Part shown: piece by piece, positions 8,232-16,891 of the stretch
How the letters are laid out: the number at the start of each line of letters is the position of its first letter
Position numbering within the stretch: position 1 is the stretch's first letter
Virus record (IMG/VR): IMGVR_UViG_2693429536_000016
Direction: 5' to 3' (one strand)
DNA: 39,184 nucleotides
Source: a virus
Lineage: Duplodnaviria > Heunggongvirae > Uroviricota > Caudoviricetes
Made by a program: the position numbers and the translations under genes
The notes under the pieces: generated by a model
Told to the model about the DNA's origin: nothing
Databases searched by the model: none
The model's input: the letters and a program-made list of their open reading frames with translations, nothing else

Positions 8232-8294
8232 GTAGGCAATCCTACCACATGCCAATGTAGGATTCTTGACATTGGTATGTTGGATATCCTACAT
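8230..8294 (+). promoter_or_regulatory. OR-type tripartite operator with rightward promoter (pR candidate)
   Basis: Three related 18-bp sites: 8230-8247 (ATGTAGGCAATCCTACCA), 8255-8272 (ATGTAGGATTCTTGACAT), 8277-8294 (ATGTTGGATATCCTACAT); TTGACA at 8266-8271 and CTACAT at 8289-8294 with 17-nt spacer; cro ATG at 8327. Confidence 0.55.
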
Positions 8295-8326
8295 TTCTGC
8301 TTAACGTAATTTAACGGGAGACAGAA

Positions 8327-8524
8327 ATGCGGAAATCCGACGTGATTAATTATTTCGGCGGAGTTTGTAAAACCGCCGAAGCCCTAGGTATTAAGCATCC
8401 GTCTGTTTCAGAGTGGCCTGAGATTATTCCTGAAGGCCGAGCGTACCAGTTAGAAAAAATTACTAACGGAAAACTGAAAGTTGACGTGTCTTTATATCAA
8501 AAGACTAACAGTGCTGCGGCATAA
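8327..8524 (+). CDS. cro: Cro-like small DNA-binding regulator
   Basis: 65-aa ORF divergent from cI, RBS GGGAG; size and position match Cro/YdaS-like proteins. Confidence 0.65.
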   Translation: MRKSDVINYFGGVCKTAEALGIKHPSVSEWPEIIPEGRAYQLEKITNGKLKVDVSLYQKTNSAAA

Positions 8525-8551
8525 AAACACCACAGAAATGAGGAATTAACC

Positions 8552-9130
8552 GTGGGTAAAGAACCTGAATGGAAAGTTGATAAACAACCAGCATGGCTGG
8601 TGGCAGCAATACGAAGAACGATTGCTGATTTACCTCATGGCTATGAGGAAGCAGCAGAAATTCTTGGTTTGTATAAATCTGATGATATCACCCCAGCAAA
8701 AGATCAATTGCATAACAGACTGCGTAGCGGTGGGGATCAAATTTTTCCACTTGAGTGGGCCATGGTTTTACAGGATGCCAGTGGTACCAGGCATATAACA
8801 GATGCAATAGCCCGTCGTAGTAATGGGGTGTTTGTGCCGCTGGTGGTCATTGATGACATTGACAATGGTGACATTAATCAGCGGCTGATGGAGTCAATAG
8901 AATGGATTGGCAAGCATTCCCAGTACTTACGCAAGGCAACTGCTGATGGAGTTATTGACCAGGCTGAGCGTGAGCAAATCGAAGAGAACAGCTACCAAGT
9001 AATGGCGAAGTGGCAGGAGCATTTAACACTGTTATTTCGTGTTTTTTGTGCGCCGGAAAAGAGTAACGCCCGCGAGTGTGCAGCTCCGGGCGTCGTGGCG
9101 TTTTGTGTCTGTGGAGAAACTAACGCATGA
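8552..9130 (+). CDS. Early regulatory protein, CII/YdaT-like (tentative)
   Basis: GTG start with AGGAA RBS; occupies the cII position after cro; assignment is by position and vague family resemblance only. Confidence 0.3.
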   Translation: MGKEPEWKVDKQPAWLVAAIRRTIADLPHGYEEAAEILGLYKSDDITPAKDQLHNRLRSGGDQIFPLEWAMVLQDASGTRHITDAIARRSNGVFVPLVVIDDIDNGDINQRLMESIEWIGKHSQYLRKATADGVIDQAEREQIEENSYQVMAKWQEHLTLLFRVFCAPEKSNARECAAPGVVAFCVCGETNA

Positions 9131-9732
9131 ACAGTTTAACGGCAAATAACCGTTTGTCGCAACAGCTGGTGGTCAGTGTCGCTGAACACCTGTTGTTACG
9201 GCATGAATGCAGATTACCAAATCACCTGGCTGTAAGTAACCACAGAGAACTTTACCTGACTGTGGGGGGCGAGTTGTGCAGGAACTTAACCGCTGGTTTC
9301 GTGATGGAAGAGGGCTTTATGTCCATGTTATTCGTTGGGAGCCAGAAACACAGCGCGTTATCTATCTTCGCAAAGACTACCCGCATGAGTGCTTTAGTCC
9401 TTTGTGGAAATTCAGGCGTGATTTTGTTGAGTGTGAAGGACCACCAGCACATTGATTCTGCCATTCCGGGACGTTACACTGTTCAGGCACCTTATAAAGC
9501 GGGTGCCGGGATTGGCGTCCTGAAATTGATTACTGAGCATAACCGCGCTCATGCGGTTTTTTCGTGTCATGAGCATTGCTACGCCCAAATTATGGTGGGG
9601 CGTACAGGGCCGACTTCGGTCGGGCCGGGTTCGGTAGTCTCCGGTAACGCCAACCCTGTACGTCTCACCACCTCTGTGATTGGCGTCCCATGTGGTGAGT
9701 TTTCTAAAAAACTGACTACCGGGGCTGTCACT

Positions 9733-10290
9733 ATGACTACTCTCCCAACCCTCTCTCAACCTGAAATTGCCATCGTTGATGGTCAGGCTGTTACATCTTC
9801 TTTGGCTGTTGCTGACTTCTTCTCTAAACGTCATGACGATGTTCTGAAAAAGATTCGCATTTTGGATTGTTCTCCAGAGTTTTGTGCCCGCAATTTTGCG
9901 GAGACATCAATTTTGGTACGCCAGCCCAACGGCGGTACTCGCAAACTACCTTGCTATCAAATAACCCGCGATGGCTTTGCGTTTCTTGCTATGGGTTTCA
10001 CGGGTAAACGTGCTGCCCAGTTCAAAGAGGCATACATCAATGCCTTTAACCAGATGGAGAAACAGCTTTCAAAGCCCGCTGTACCGAGCGACGTTGCACA
10101 TAACGCCAGTGTTCTCTATTCCTACATTTCATCAATTCATCAGGTCTGGTTGCAGCAGCTTTATCCCATGCTGGAAAAAGCTGAATCACCTCTGGCTGTA
10201 AGTCTGTATGACCGAATTAACGATGCGGCATTTCTTGCCCGTCTTATTCATTCGTCGCTGAACTCTTCAGAGGTAAGGGGGCGCAAATGA
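9733..10290 (+). CDS. Rha-family phage regulatory protein (antirepressor-like)
   Basis: Internal start MTTLPTLSQPEIAIVDGQAV... with conserved-looking ...PCYQITRDGFAFLAMGFTGKRAAQFKEAYINAF...; the ORF-track upstream extension (9127-9732) has poor protein-like composition. Confidence 0.5.
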   Translation: MTTLPTLSQPEIAIVDGQAVTSSLAVADFFSKRHDDVLKKIRILDCSPEFCARNFAETSILVRQPNGGTRKLPCYQITRDGFAFLAMGFTGKRAAQFKEAYINAFNQMEKQLSKPAVPSDVAHNASVLYSYISSIHQVWLQQLYPMLEKAESPLAVSLYDRINDAAFLARLIHSSLNSSEVRGRK

Positions 10291-10511
10291 TCCGGAATAT
10301 TTTCAAACGATTTACCAATCAGACTTTCCGTTGTCCTCGCCCCGGTCAGTGGTACACCACGCCTGCAGGGCATGTTCTACGTGTTAGCCTGGTGGACCGT
10401 GAATGTCAGAAGGTGATTTGTGAACCGCTGGGTCGTAATTACCGCGTCAGTATGCCGCTTATAGCCTTTCGCTCCGGAAAAAACATGAAGCATCTCGGAG
10501 GTGCGGCATGA
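10287..10511 (+). CDS. Hypothetical small protein
   Basis: 74-aa ORF coupled between Rha-like and replication genes. Confidence 0.4.
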   Translation: MIRNIFKRFTNQTFRCPRPGQWYTTPAGHVLRVSLVDRECQKVICEPLGRNYRVSMPLIAFRSGKNMKHLGGAA

Positions 10512-11500
10512 GTCTGTTAATGACATCCCAGCCCATTGTGATAAATCGTGATCTTGCATGCCGTATTGGTCTGAATGAGGCAATTGTGTTGCAGCAGCTT
10601 CATTACTGGCTGAATGAAACGAATTCAGGCACTGAGCATGGCGGAATTCGCTGGGTTTATAACACGACAGAACAGTGGCTGGAGCAGTTTCCGTTCTGGT
10701 CAGAGTCCACTCTGAAACGCACATTTGCAAGCCTGAAATCACTTGGGGTTTTGCGTCGCGAGCAACTCAATAAATCGAAGCGTGACATGACCAACTTCTA
10801 CACGATCAACTATGAAAGTGAGCTTTTAGAAGAGGTCAAAGTGAACGAATCCATCAGGTCAAAATGCACTTCTCCATCGGGTCAAAGTGACCTGATGGAT
10901 GGGCGCAAAATGACACGATCCATTGGTTCAAAACGACACGCTGTCATCGGGTCAAAATGGCCCAATGATCTTACAGAGAATACAACAGAGATTACTACAG
11001 AGAATAAAACCTCTTCTCGTCCGGACGCTTCGCAACCGGACACGCAAACGGCTGAACAGGAGTTTTTAACTCGCCATCCTGATGCGGTTGTATTCAGCCC
11101 TAAAAAGCGCCAGTGGGGAACGCAGGATGATTTGACCTGCGCACAGTGGCTCTGGAAAAAAATCATCGCCCTGTACGAGCAGGCCGCCGAATGTGACGGC
11201 GAGGTGGTTCGTCCCAAAGAACCGAACTGGACAGCATGGGCAAACGAAATTCGCCTGATGTGTGTGCAGGATGGTCGTACTCACAAACAAATCTGCGAGA
11301 TGTACAGCCGCGTCAGCCGTGATCCGTTCTGGTGCCGTAACGTGCTCAGCCCGTCGAAGTTGCGGGAAAAATGGGATGAGCTTTCCCTGCGCTTATCGCC
11401 GTCCGTCAGCACGCACACAGAAAAACGTGAAGACCCGTACTTCAAAGCCAGTTACGACAACGTGGACTACAGCCAGATCCCGGTAGGATTCAGGGGGTGA
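10508..11500 (+). CDS. Replication initiator, lambda O-like replisome organizer
   Basis: RBS GGAGG; N-terminal region typical of phage replisome-organizer proteins; contains an internal iteron array followed by an AT-rich stretch, as in lambda O/ori. Confidence 0.55.
   Translation: MSLLMTSQPIVINRDLACRIGLNEAIVLQQLHYWLNETNSGTEHGGIRWVYNTTEQWLEQFPFWSESTLKRTFASLKSLGVLRREQLNKSKRDMTNFYTINYESELLEEVKVNESIRSKCTSPSGQSDLMDGRKMTRSIGSKRHAVIGSKWPNDLTENTTEITTENKTSSRPDASQPDTQTAEQEFLTRHPDAVVFSPKKRQWGTQDDLTCAQWLWKKIIALYEQAAECDGEVVRPKEPNWTAWANEIRLMCVQDGRTHKQICEMYSRVSRDPFWCRNVLSPSKLREKWDELSLRLSPSVSTHTEKREDPYFKASYDNVDYSQIPVGFRG
10834..11010 (+). repeat. Putative origin of replication: six ~23-bp tandem iterons (GGTCAAAaTGaCAC...CATC) followed by AT-rich repeats
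   Basis: Direct repeats beginning ~10834, 10857, 10879, 10902, 10925, 10949; then ACAGAGAATA-type AT-rich repeats at 10973-11010, all inside the O-like gene. Confidence 0.5.
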
Positions 11501-11991
11501 TCATGAGTCTTTTGAATGAAGTTCAGAAATTCATTGAAGCCCATCCGGGGTGTACTTCCGGAGACATTGCGGATGCTTTTGCAGGTTACTCACGGCAGCG
11601 CGTTCTGCAGTCTGCAAGCAAGTTACGTCAGAGTGGGCGTGTGGCTCACCGTTGTGAAGGAGATACACGCAGACATTTCCCACGCCTGACTGAGAGAGCG
11701 CAGGAGCCGGAACCACAACCAGTTCGTGAAACCAGACCTGTGCGCAATTTCTATGTCGGCACTAACGATCCCCGGGTGATTTTGTGCCTGACCCGCCAGG
11801 CTGAAGAACTGGAGTCAAGGGGCTTATACCGTCGTGCTGCAACCGTGTGGATGGCGGCATTCCGTGAAAGCCACTCCCAGCCAGAACGAAACAATTTTCT
11901 GGCGCGTCGTGAGCGGTGCTTACGGAAAAGCAGCAAGCGCGCTGCATCAGGTGAAGAGTGGTATCTATCAGGGAATTACGTGGGGGCTTAA
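11497..11991 (+). CDS. Hypothetical protein (possibly PerC-like regulator; weak)
   Basis: 164-aa ORF (likely start ATG 11503); contains ...GLYRRAATVWMAAF... reminiscent of PerC-family activators; low certainty. Confidence 0.4.
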   Translation: MIMSLLNEVQKFIEAHPGCTSGDIADAFAGYSRQRVLQSASKLRQSGRVAHRCEGDTRRHFPRLTERAQEPEPQPVRETRPVRNFYVGTNDPRVILCLTRQAEELESRGLYRRAATVWMAAFRESHSQPERNNFLARRERCLRKSSKRAASGEEWYLSGNYVGA

Positions 11992-12644
11992 TGAGTAATA
12001 AATATTGCCAGGCGCTGGTGGAACTGCGGAACAAACCAGCCCATGAACTGAAGGAAGTGGGCGATCAGTGGCGCACGCCGGACAACATTTTCTGGGGAAT
12101 TAACACCCTGTTTGGCCCGTTTGTTCTGGATCTGTTCACTGATGGTGATAACGCCAAATGTGCCGCTTATTACACTGCGGAAGACAACGCGCTGGCGCAT
12201 GACTGGTCAGAACGTCTTGCGGAGCTTAAAGGTGCTGCCTTTGGTAATCCCCCGTACAGCCGCGCCAGTCAGCATGAGGGGCAATACATCACCGGCATGC
12301 GTTACATCATGAAACATGCCAGTGCTATGCGTGATAAAGGCGGGCGCTATGTTTTCCTGATCAAAGCTGCCACCAGCGAAGTGTGGTGGCCGGAAGATGC
12401 AGACCATATTGCTTTTATTCGCGGGCGTATTGGTTTTGAACTGCCAGCCTGGTTTATCCCGAAGGACGAGAAGCAGGTGCCGACAGGCGCTTTCTTCGCT
12501 GGTGCTATTGCTGTTTTCGACAAGACCTGGAAGGGACCGGCAATCAGCTACATCGGGCGCGATGAACTTGAGGCATGTGGTGAGGCGTTTCTGGCGCAGG
12601 TTCGCCAGCAGGCAGAAAAACTTGTCAGGGAGATGGCGGCATGA
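11991..12644 (+). CDS. Phage DNA N6-adenine methyltransferase (Dam-family, NPPY motif)
   Basis: Start in TAATG overlap with RBS TGGGGG; catalytic motif FGNPPYS; typical size for phage Dam-family enzymes. Confidence 0.75.
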   Translation: MSNKYCQALVELRNKPAHELKEVGDQWRTPDNIFWGINTLFGPFVLDLFTDGDNAKCAAYYTAEDNALAHDWSERLAELKGAAFGNPPYSRASQHEGQYITGMRYIMKHASAMRDKGGRYVFLIKAATSEVWWPEDADHIAFIRGRIGFELPAWFIPKDEKQVPTGAFFAGAIAVFDKTWKGPAISYIGRDELEACGEAFLAQVRQQAEKLVREMAA

Positions 12645-12967
12645 CGACGTTAACTCAATGCCAGCAGCAGGTGCTGGATATGCTGATTTCTTACCAGCAA
12701 GAGCGTGGCTTTCCGCCAACCAATCAGGAGGTGGCAACCATGCTGGGATACCGTTCAGTGAATGCAGCGGTGGAGCATCTTCGCGCACTGGAGAAAAAAG
12801 GCGTCATCACGATAAAGCGTGGCGTGGCCCGGGGGATCACGCTTCATACCGCAGTGAAGGACGACGACAGCGAAGCGGTCGGTATCATCCGCGCACTGCT
12901 TGCCGGTGAGGAGAGCGCCAGGTTGCGTGCAGCCCACTGGTTACATGAGAGGGGCCTGAAAGTATGA
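12641..12967 (+). CDS. LexA N-terminal DNA-binding-domain homolog lacking the peptidase domain
   Basis: 108 aa; QQQVLDMLISYQQERGFPPTNQEVATMLGYRSVNAAVEHLRALEKKGVITIKRGVARGITL aligns closely by eye with the E. coli LexA winged-helix domain (recalled sequence); no S24 domain follows. Confidence 0.6.
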   Translation: MTTLTQCQQQVLDMLISYQQERGFPPTNQEVATMLGYRSVNAAVEHLRALEKKGVITIKRGVARGITLHTAVKDDDSEAVGIIRALLAGEESARLRAAHWLHERGLKV

Positions 12968-13353
12968 AGTTGATCCTTCCTTTCCCGCCCAGTGTGAACA
13001 CGTACTGGCGACACCCCAACAAAGGGGCATTTGCTGGTAAGAGCCTGATAAGCGAGGCGGGGCGAAAATTTCAGAGCGCGGCGTGCGCAGCAATAGTTGA
13101 GCAGTTACGTCGTCTGCCGAAACCAACGTCGGCACCTGCTTCAGTGGAGATCGTGTTGTTTCCGCCGGATAACCGGATCCGTGATCTGGACAACTATAAC
13201 AAGGCGCTGTTTGACGCCCTGACCCACGCGGGTGTGTGGGAAGACGACAGACAGGTGAAAAGAATGCTGGTGGAGTGGGGACCGGTTATCCCGAAAGGGA
13301 AGGTCGAGATCACTATCAGTAAGTACGAGAAAACGGCGGGTGCAGCCGCCTGA
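12964..13353 (+). CDS. rusA: RusA Holliday junction resolvase
   Basis: 129 aa; conserved acidic motif ...RIRDLDNYNKALFDALT... and overall size typical of RusA. Confidence 0.85.
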   Translation: MKLILPFPPSVNTYWRHPNKGAFAGKSLISEAGRKFQSAACAAIVEQLRRLPKPTSAPASVEIVLFPPDNRIRDLDNYNKALFDALTHAGVWEDDRQVKRMLVEWGPVIPKGKVEITISKYEKTAGAAA

Positions 13354-13372
13354 TTAAGAGGAGAAACGAAGT

Positions 13373-14182
13373 ATGAATAATCTGATGGTCATTGATGGTA
13401 TTGAAGTTCGTCGTGATGCTTATGGGCGTTACAGCCTGAACGATCTGCATCGCGCAGCAGTAGCATCTGGTGCAAATGCCAGAACCAAGGAGCCAGGAAA
13501 GTTTCTTTCCAGCCAACAAACTGTTGAGCTTGTTCATGAATTGACCAACACCCAGAATTTGGGTGTTGACCCGGTGAGTGTGATTCATGGGGGAAATGAA
13601 CGGGGAACGTATGTCTGCAAGGAACTGGTGTATGCCTATGCAATGTGGATCAGCCCGTCATTCCATCTGAAGGTGATCCGTACTTTCGACATGGTAACCA
13701 GCGCACCGGAAAAATTATCCGGACAGGCTGCTGACAAGATGCAGGCTGGTGTGATTCTGCTGGACTTTATGCGCCGGGAATTAAACCTGTCTAACTCTTC
13801 AGTGCTTGGTGCCTGTCAGAAACTCCAGGAGGCTGTTGGCTTACCGAATCTGGCACCGCGCTATGCCATTGATGCTCCTGCTGACGCGCCTGATGGCTCA
13901 AGCCGCCCCACGCTGTCACTGAGTGCACTGCTGAAGCAGTATGGTATCCGCCTGACAGCTAATCAGGCATATCACCAGATGGCGAAGCTGGGGATCGTTG
14001 AACAACGTGAACGATACAGCCGCACTGCGATTAACAACATCAAAAAATTCTGGTCGCTGACAGCGAAAGGCTGCATGTTCGGCAAGAACATCACCAGTCC
14101 CGCAAATCCGCGCGAGACGCAGCCGCATTTCTTCGAATCCCGGTTCCCTGAGCTGTTAAAGCTGCTCGATACCGTTCATTGA
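13373..14182 (+). CDS. KilA-N domain protein (antirepressor-like)
   Basis: RBS AGAGGAGA; N-terminal ~100 aa resemble KilA-N DNA-binding domain (..YSLNDLHRAA..). Confidence 0.5.
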   Translation: MNNLMVIDGIEVRRDAYGRYSLNDLHRAAVASGANARTKEPGKFLSSQQTVELVHELTNTQNLGVDPVSVIHGGNERGTYVCKELVYAYAMWISPSFHLKVIRTFDMVTSAPEKLSGQAADKMQAGVILLDFMRRELNLSNSSVLGACQKLQEAVGLPNLAPRYAIDAPADAPDGSSRPTLSLSALLKQYGIRLTANQAYHQMAKLGIVEQRERYSRTAINNIKKFWSLTAKGCMFGKNITSPANPRETQPHFFESRFPELLKLLDTVH

Positions 14183-14183
14183 G

Positions 14184-15179
14184 GTGACCGTGAGAGCGCT
14201 ACTGACCCCTGAAATTGCCCCGCGTATGGGGATCGTATTGTTCAGGCCAGGTTCAGAGCTGATGCCCCTGTTTATGCAGGGGCGTGTCCTGCTGGAGCCT
14301 GAGCCGGAACGTTATTCATCTTTCGCCAGTGGTGCCGTTCCGGCGGCATCACAACCGCTGGCGGATGATCCTGCCGTTCGGGCCGTGTTCCGCAATGAGG
14401 CAGTGATCCGTCGTGCTGGTGGCGTGGAATGTCTTGAAAGCTGGTTACTTCGTGAAAAAGGCTGCCAGTGGCCTCATTCCGACTGGCACAGCGAGAACAT
14501 GACAACAATGCGACACGCGCCGGGCGCAATCCGTCTGTGCTGGCACTGCGATAACCAGCTGCGCGATCAGTTCACGGAACGACTGGAATCAATGGCAACG
14601 GATAACTGTACCCGCTGGGTGTTGTCTGTTGTGCGTCGGGATCTCGGTTTTGATGACAGTCACGTTGTGACAATGCCGGAACTGTGCTGGTGGCTGATTC
14701 GTAATGACCTGGCGGATGCCTTACCGGAAAGTGCAGCCCGTAAGGCACTGAGATTACCGAAGCCTGTTGTGCCGTCTGTCACCCGGGAAAGTGACCTTGT
14801 GCCTTCGGTTCCTGCCACCAGCATCATCCAGGATAAAGCGAAAAAGGTGCTGGCGCTGAAAGTGGATCCGGAGTCGCCGGAGTCTTTTATGTTACGCCCA
14901 AAACGTCGCCGCTGGGTTAATGAAAAGTACACGCGCTGGGTTAAGACACAGCCGTGTGCATGTTGTGGAAAGCCTGCTGATGATCCCCACCACCTGATAG
15001 GTCACGGTCAGGGTGGAATGGCTACAAAAGCGCATGACCTTTTTGTGTTGCCTTTGTGCAGAAAGCATCACGACGAGCTGCATGCGGATACCGTGGCATT
15101 TGAAGAGAAGTATGGCTCCCAGCTGGAGCTGATATTTCGTTTTATCGATCGTGCGCTGGCAATAGGCGTGCTGGCCTGA
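14184..15179 (+). CDS. DUF968-like phage protein with C-terminal Cys/His (HNH-like) motif
   Basis: GTG start; C-terminus PCACCGKPADDPHHLIGH...LCRKHHDELH has CxxC ... HH ... C ... HH spacing typical of HNH/zinc-finger nuclease folds. Confidence 0.5.
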   Translation: MTVRALLTPEIAPRMGIVLFRPGSELMPLFMQGRVLLEPEPERYSSFASGAVPAASQPLADDPAVRAVFRNEAVIRRAGGVECLESWLLREKGCQWPHSDWHSENMTTMRHAPGAIRLCWHCDNQLRDQFTERLESMATDNCTRWVLSVVRRDLGFDDSHVVTMPELCWWLIRNDLADALPESAARKALRLPKPVVPSVTRESDLVPSVPATSIIQDKAKKVLALKVDPESPESFMLRPKRRRWVNEKYTRWVKTQPCACCGKPADDPHHLIGHGQGGMATKAHDLFVLPLCRKHHDELHADTVAFEEKYGSQLELIFRFIDRALAIGVLA

Positions 15180-15196
15180 TTTTGTGGAGAAAGTTG

Positions 15197-15568
15197 ATGC
15201 GTGATATTCAAATGGTTCTTGAACGTTGGGGGGCATGGGTGGCAAATAATCACGAGGATGTGGAATGGTCATCTGTTGCTGCAGGTTTTAAGGGATTAAT
15301 TCCTTCGAAAGTAAAATCCCGCCCGCAATGTAGCGATGACGATGGCCTGATCATTAGCTCTGCGATGACAGTTCTTAAGAAAAAGGAACCGTATCAATAC
15401 GAATTACTGGAAATGTATTATGTGTATGGGGTTACATTACGGGCGTTGGGGGTAAAACTGGGGATATCACTTAATCAGGTTGTTATCAGACTGCAGAAAG
15501 CTGAAGGGTTTATTGACGGTTGTCTGGCAATGTTGGGGGTATCTTTAGAAATTGATTGTTACATATAG
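15197..15568 (+). CDS. Late-gene antiterminator Q-like protein
   Basis: RBS GGAG 8 nt upstream; located directly upstream of the late/lysis region; N-terminus MRDIQMVLERWGAW resembles Q proteins of 21/82-type lambdoids. Confidence 0.55.
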   Translation: MRDIQMVLERWGAWVANNHEDVEWSSVAAGFKGLIPSKVKSRPQCSDDDGLIISSAMTVLKKKEPYQYELLEMYYVYGVTLRALGVKLGISLNQVVIRLQKAEGFIDGCLAMLGVSLEIDCYI

Positions 15569-15643
15569 TAATAAATTCAATCAAAGTAAATAATCATATT
15601 TTATAATAACCTCCTGATGATACCTGTTCATTGGGAGGTTATT

Positions 15644-16261
15644 ATGGATAAAAATGTAGAGCATGTATTAGTTGATGCAATTGAAAATAAGCAATCTTTA
15701 ACAGTCGTTTACTTAGGAGGGAGCCAGCCCGGAACATTAAGGAATATTTCTCCGATTAGTATAAATGGGGATAAGTTGCGGGCAAGATGCCATAGTTCTG
15801 GAGCAGTAAAGGTTTTCAATCTTGGGAAAATACAGTTACCCAGTAACTCCTGCGCGGTATCTATGCACTATGGAGATTTAGAAGTTAAAGCTTATGAGAC
15901 GATGCAGAGCGTAAATGACAACTTTCATGCCCTTTATCCTGAAGGACGATGGGGTGTTGATTTTAATGAGCATCGCTTTGCTTTATTTGATTTTTTTAAA
16001 AACGGGAAACGAAAAAAAACGGCATTTATGGCAATTGAGTTCAGGGAAAGAGATGAAGAGAAAATAATAACAGGTGTAACAATTGATATTGGTATATCTG
16101 GAACAGTGATTTCTGAGAAATCCCGAATCCCAAAAAGACGACCATGGGTAGTGGTTGGTCCCGAACACGGAGAATACAGTACTTATTCAACTTTGGACAA
16201 GGCTGCTACAGCGTTTTTTGAGAGGCTTTCGTTGATAGCATCCGGCCTGGAAGATAATTGA
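15644..16261 (+). CDS. Low-GC moron gene of unknown function between Q and the lysis cassette
   Basis: 206-aa ORF with strong RBS GGGAGG; AT-rich relative to flanking phage genes; start codon and RBS lie within a 12-bp inverted repeat (15603-15614 / 15634-15645). Confidence 0.55.
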   Translation: MDKNVEHVLVDAIENKQSLTVVYLGGSQPGTLRNISPISINGDKLRARCHSSGAVKVFNLGKIQLPSNSCAVSMHYGDLEVKAYETMQSVNDNFHALYPEGRWGVDFNEHRFALFDFFKNGKRKKTAFMAIEFRERDEEKIITGVTIDIGISGTVISEKSRIPKRRPWVVVGPEHGEYSTYSTLDKAATAFFERLSLIASGLEDN

Positions 16262-16392
16262 TTTTATGTTTGGTATTCAGAGTTCGCCGTGCTTAAGAAA
16301 GTCAAGATTCTAAAAATACTGAATGAGCTACTTGTGTTATAACAAAAATGCTATTAGTGTGTTAAGAGTGGTTACTTCGCCACACAACTTAA

Positions 16393-16416
16393 ACCCGCCA
16401 CTGAGCGGGTTTTTTG
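16393..16416 (+). terminator. Rho-independent terminator (candidate tR' / moron terminator)
   Basis: ACCCGC cactga GCGGGT followed by TTTTTT. Confidence 0.6.
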
Positions 16417-16513
16417 TACCTGTAAACTTGGTGCAGTACAGTAAACACGCTGGTGGTCGTGAATACTGACTTTTTATCTTGCTGGCTTTTTAGACAAGAG
16501 TTATTGGTATGTC

Positions 16514-16741
16514 ATGTTAACCAGAAGGGAAAAAGACATGCTAAAACAGCAAGATATGACAGAAACCGCCGCCGCAGTCCTTCATTTCTTACCTGCTGAC
16601 AAGTGGGTAACGCCACGCATGATGACGAGAACTACCGGAGTAAGCGAAGCCCGGTGCCAGTTAATACTGACTCAGTTAGTTCTGGCGGGGCTGGCGAAGG
16701 ATAACGGCGGGTACGGGAATAAATTCAGACGCTGCCAGTAA
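16514..16741 (+). CDS. Small winged-helix-like DNA-binding protein (PapI/FaeA-like; tentative)
   Basis: 75-aa ORF (alternative start 16538 with AGGGA RBS); C-terminal ...TGVSEARCQLILTQLVLAGLAKDNGGYG... resembles small wHTH regulators. Confidence 0.35.
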   Translation: MLTRREKDMLKQQDMTETAAAVLHFLPADKWVTPRMMTRTTGVSEARCQLILTQLVLAGLAKDNGGYGNKFRRCQ

Positions 16742-16891
16742 TGGCGGTTTCCTGCTGTGAAAATGGGCGGCTGGTGGGTGTTGGTAGCACCTGCCAGCCA
16801 TTCGCTCATGCTTACTGGTCACAAGCGAACCACGGCCCACTGCTTTAGCGCAAAAGCAGAGTGAGCCTACCAGAGTTACGCTTACTGATCC

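Noticed and set aside
12207-12788. 193-aa - strand ORF overlapping the Dam-family methyltransferase and LexA-like genes
   Set aside because: Antisense to two well-supported + strand genes in a tightly coupled operon.
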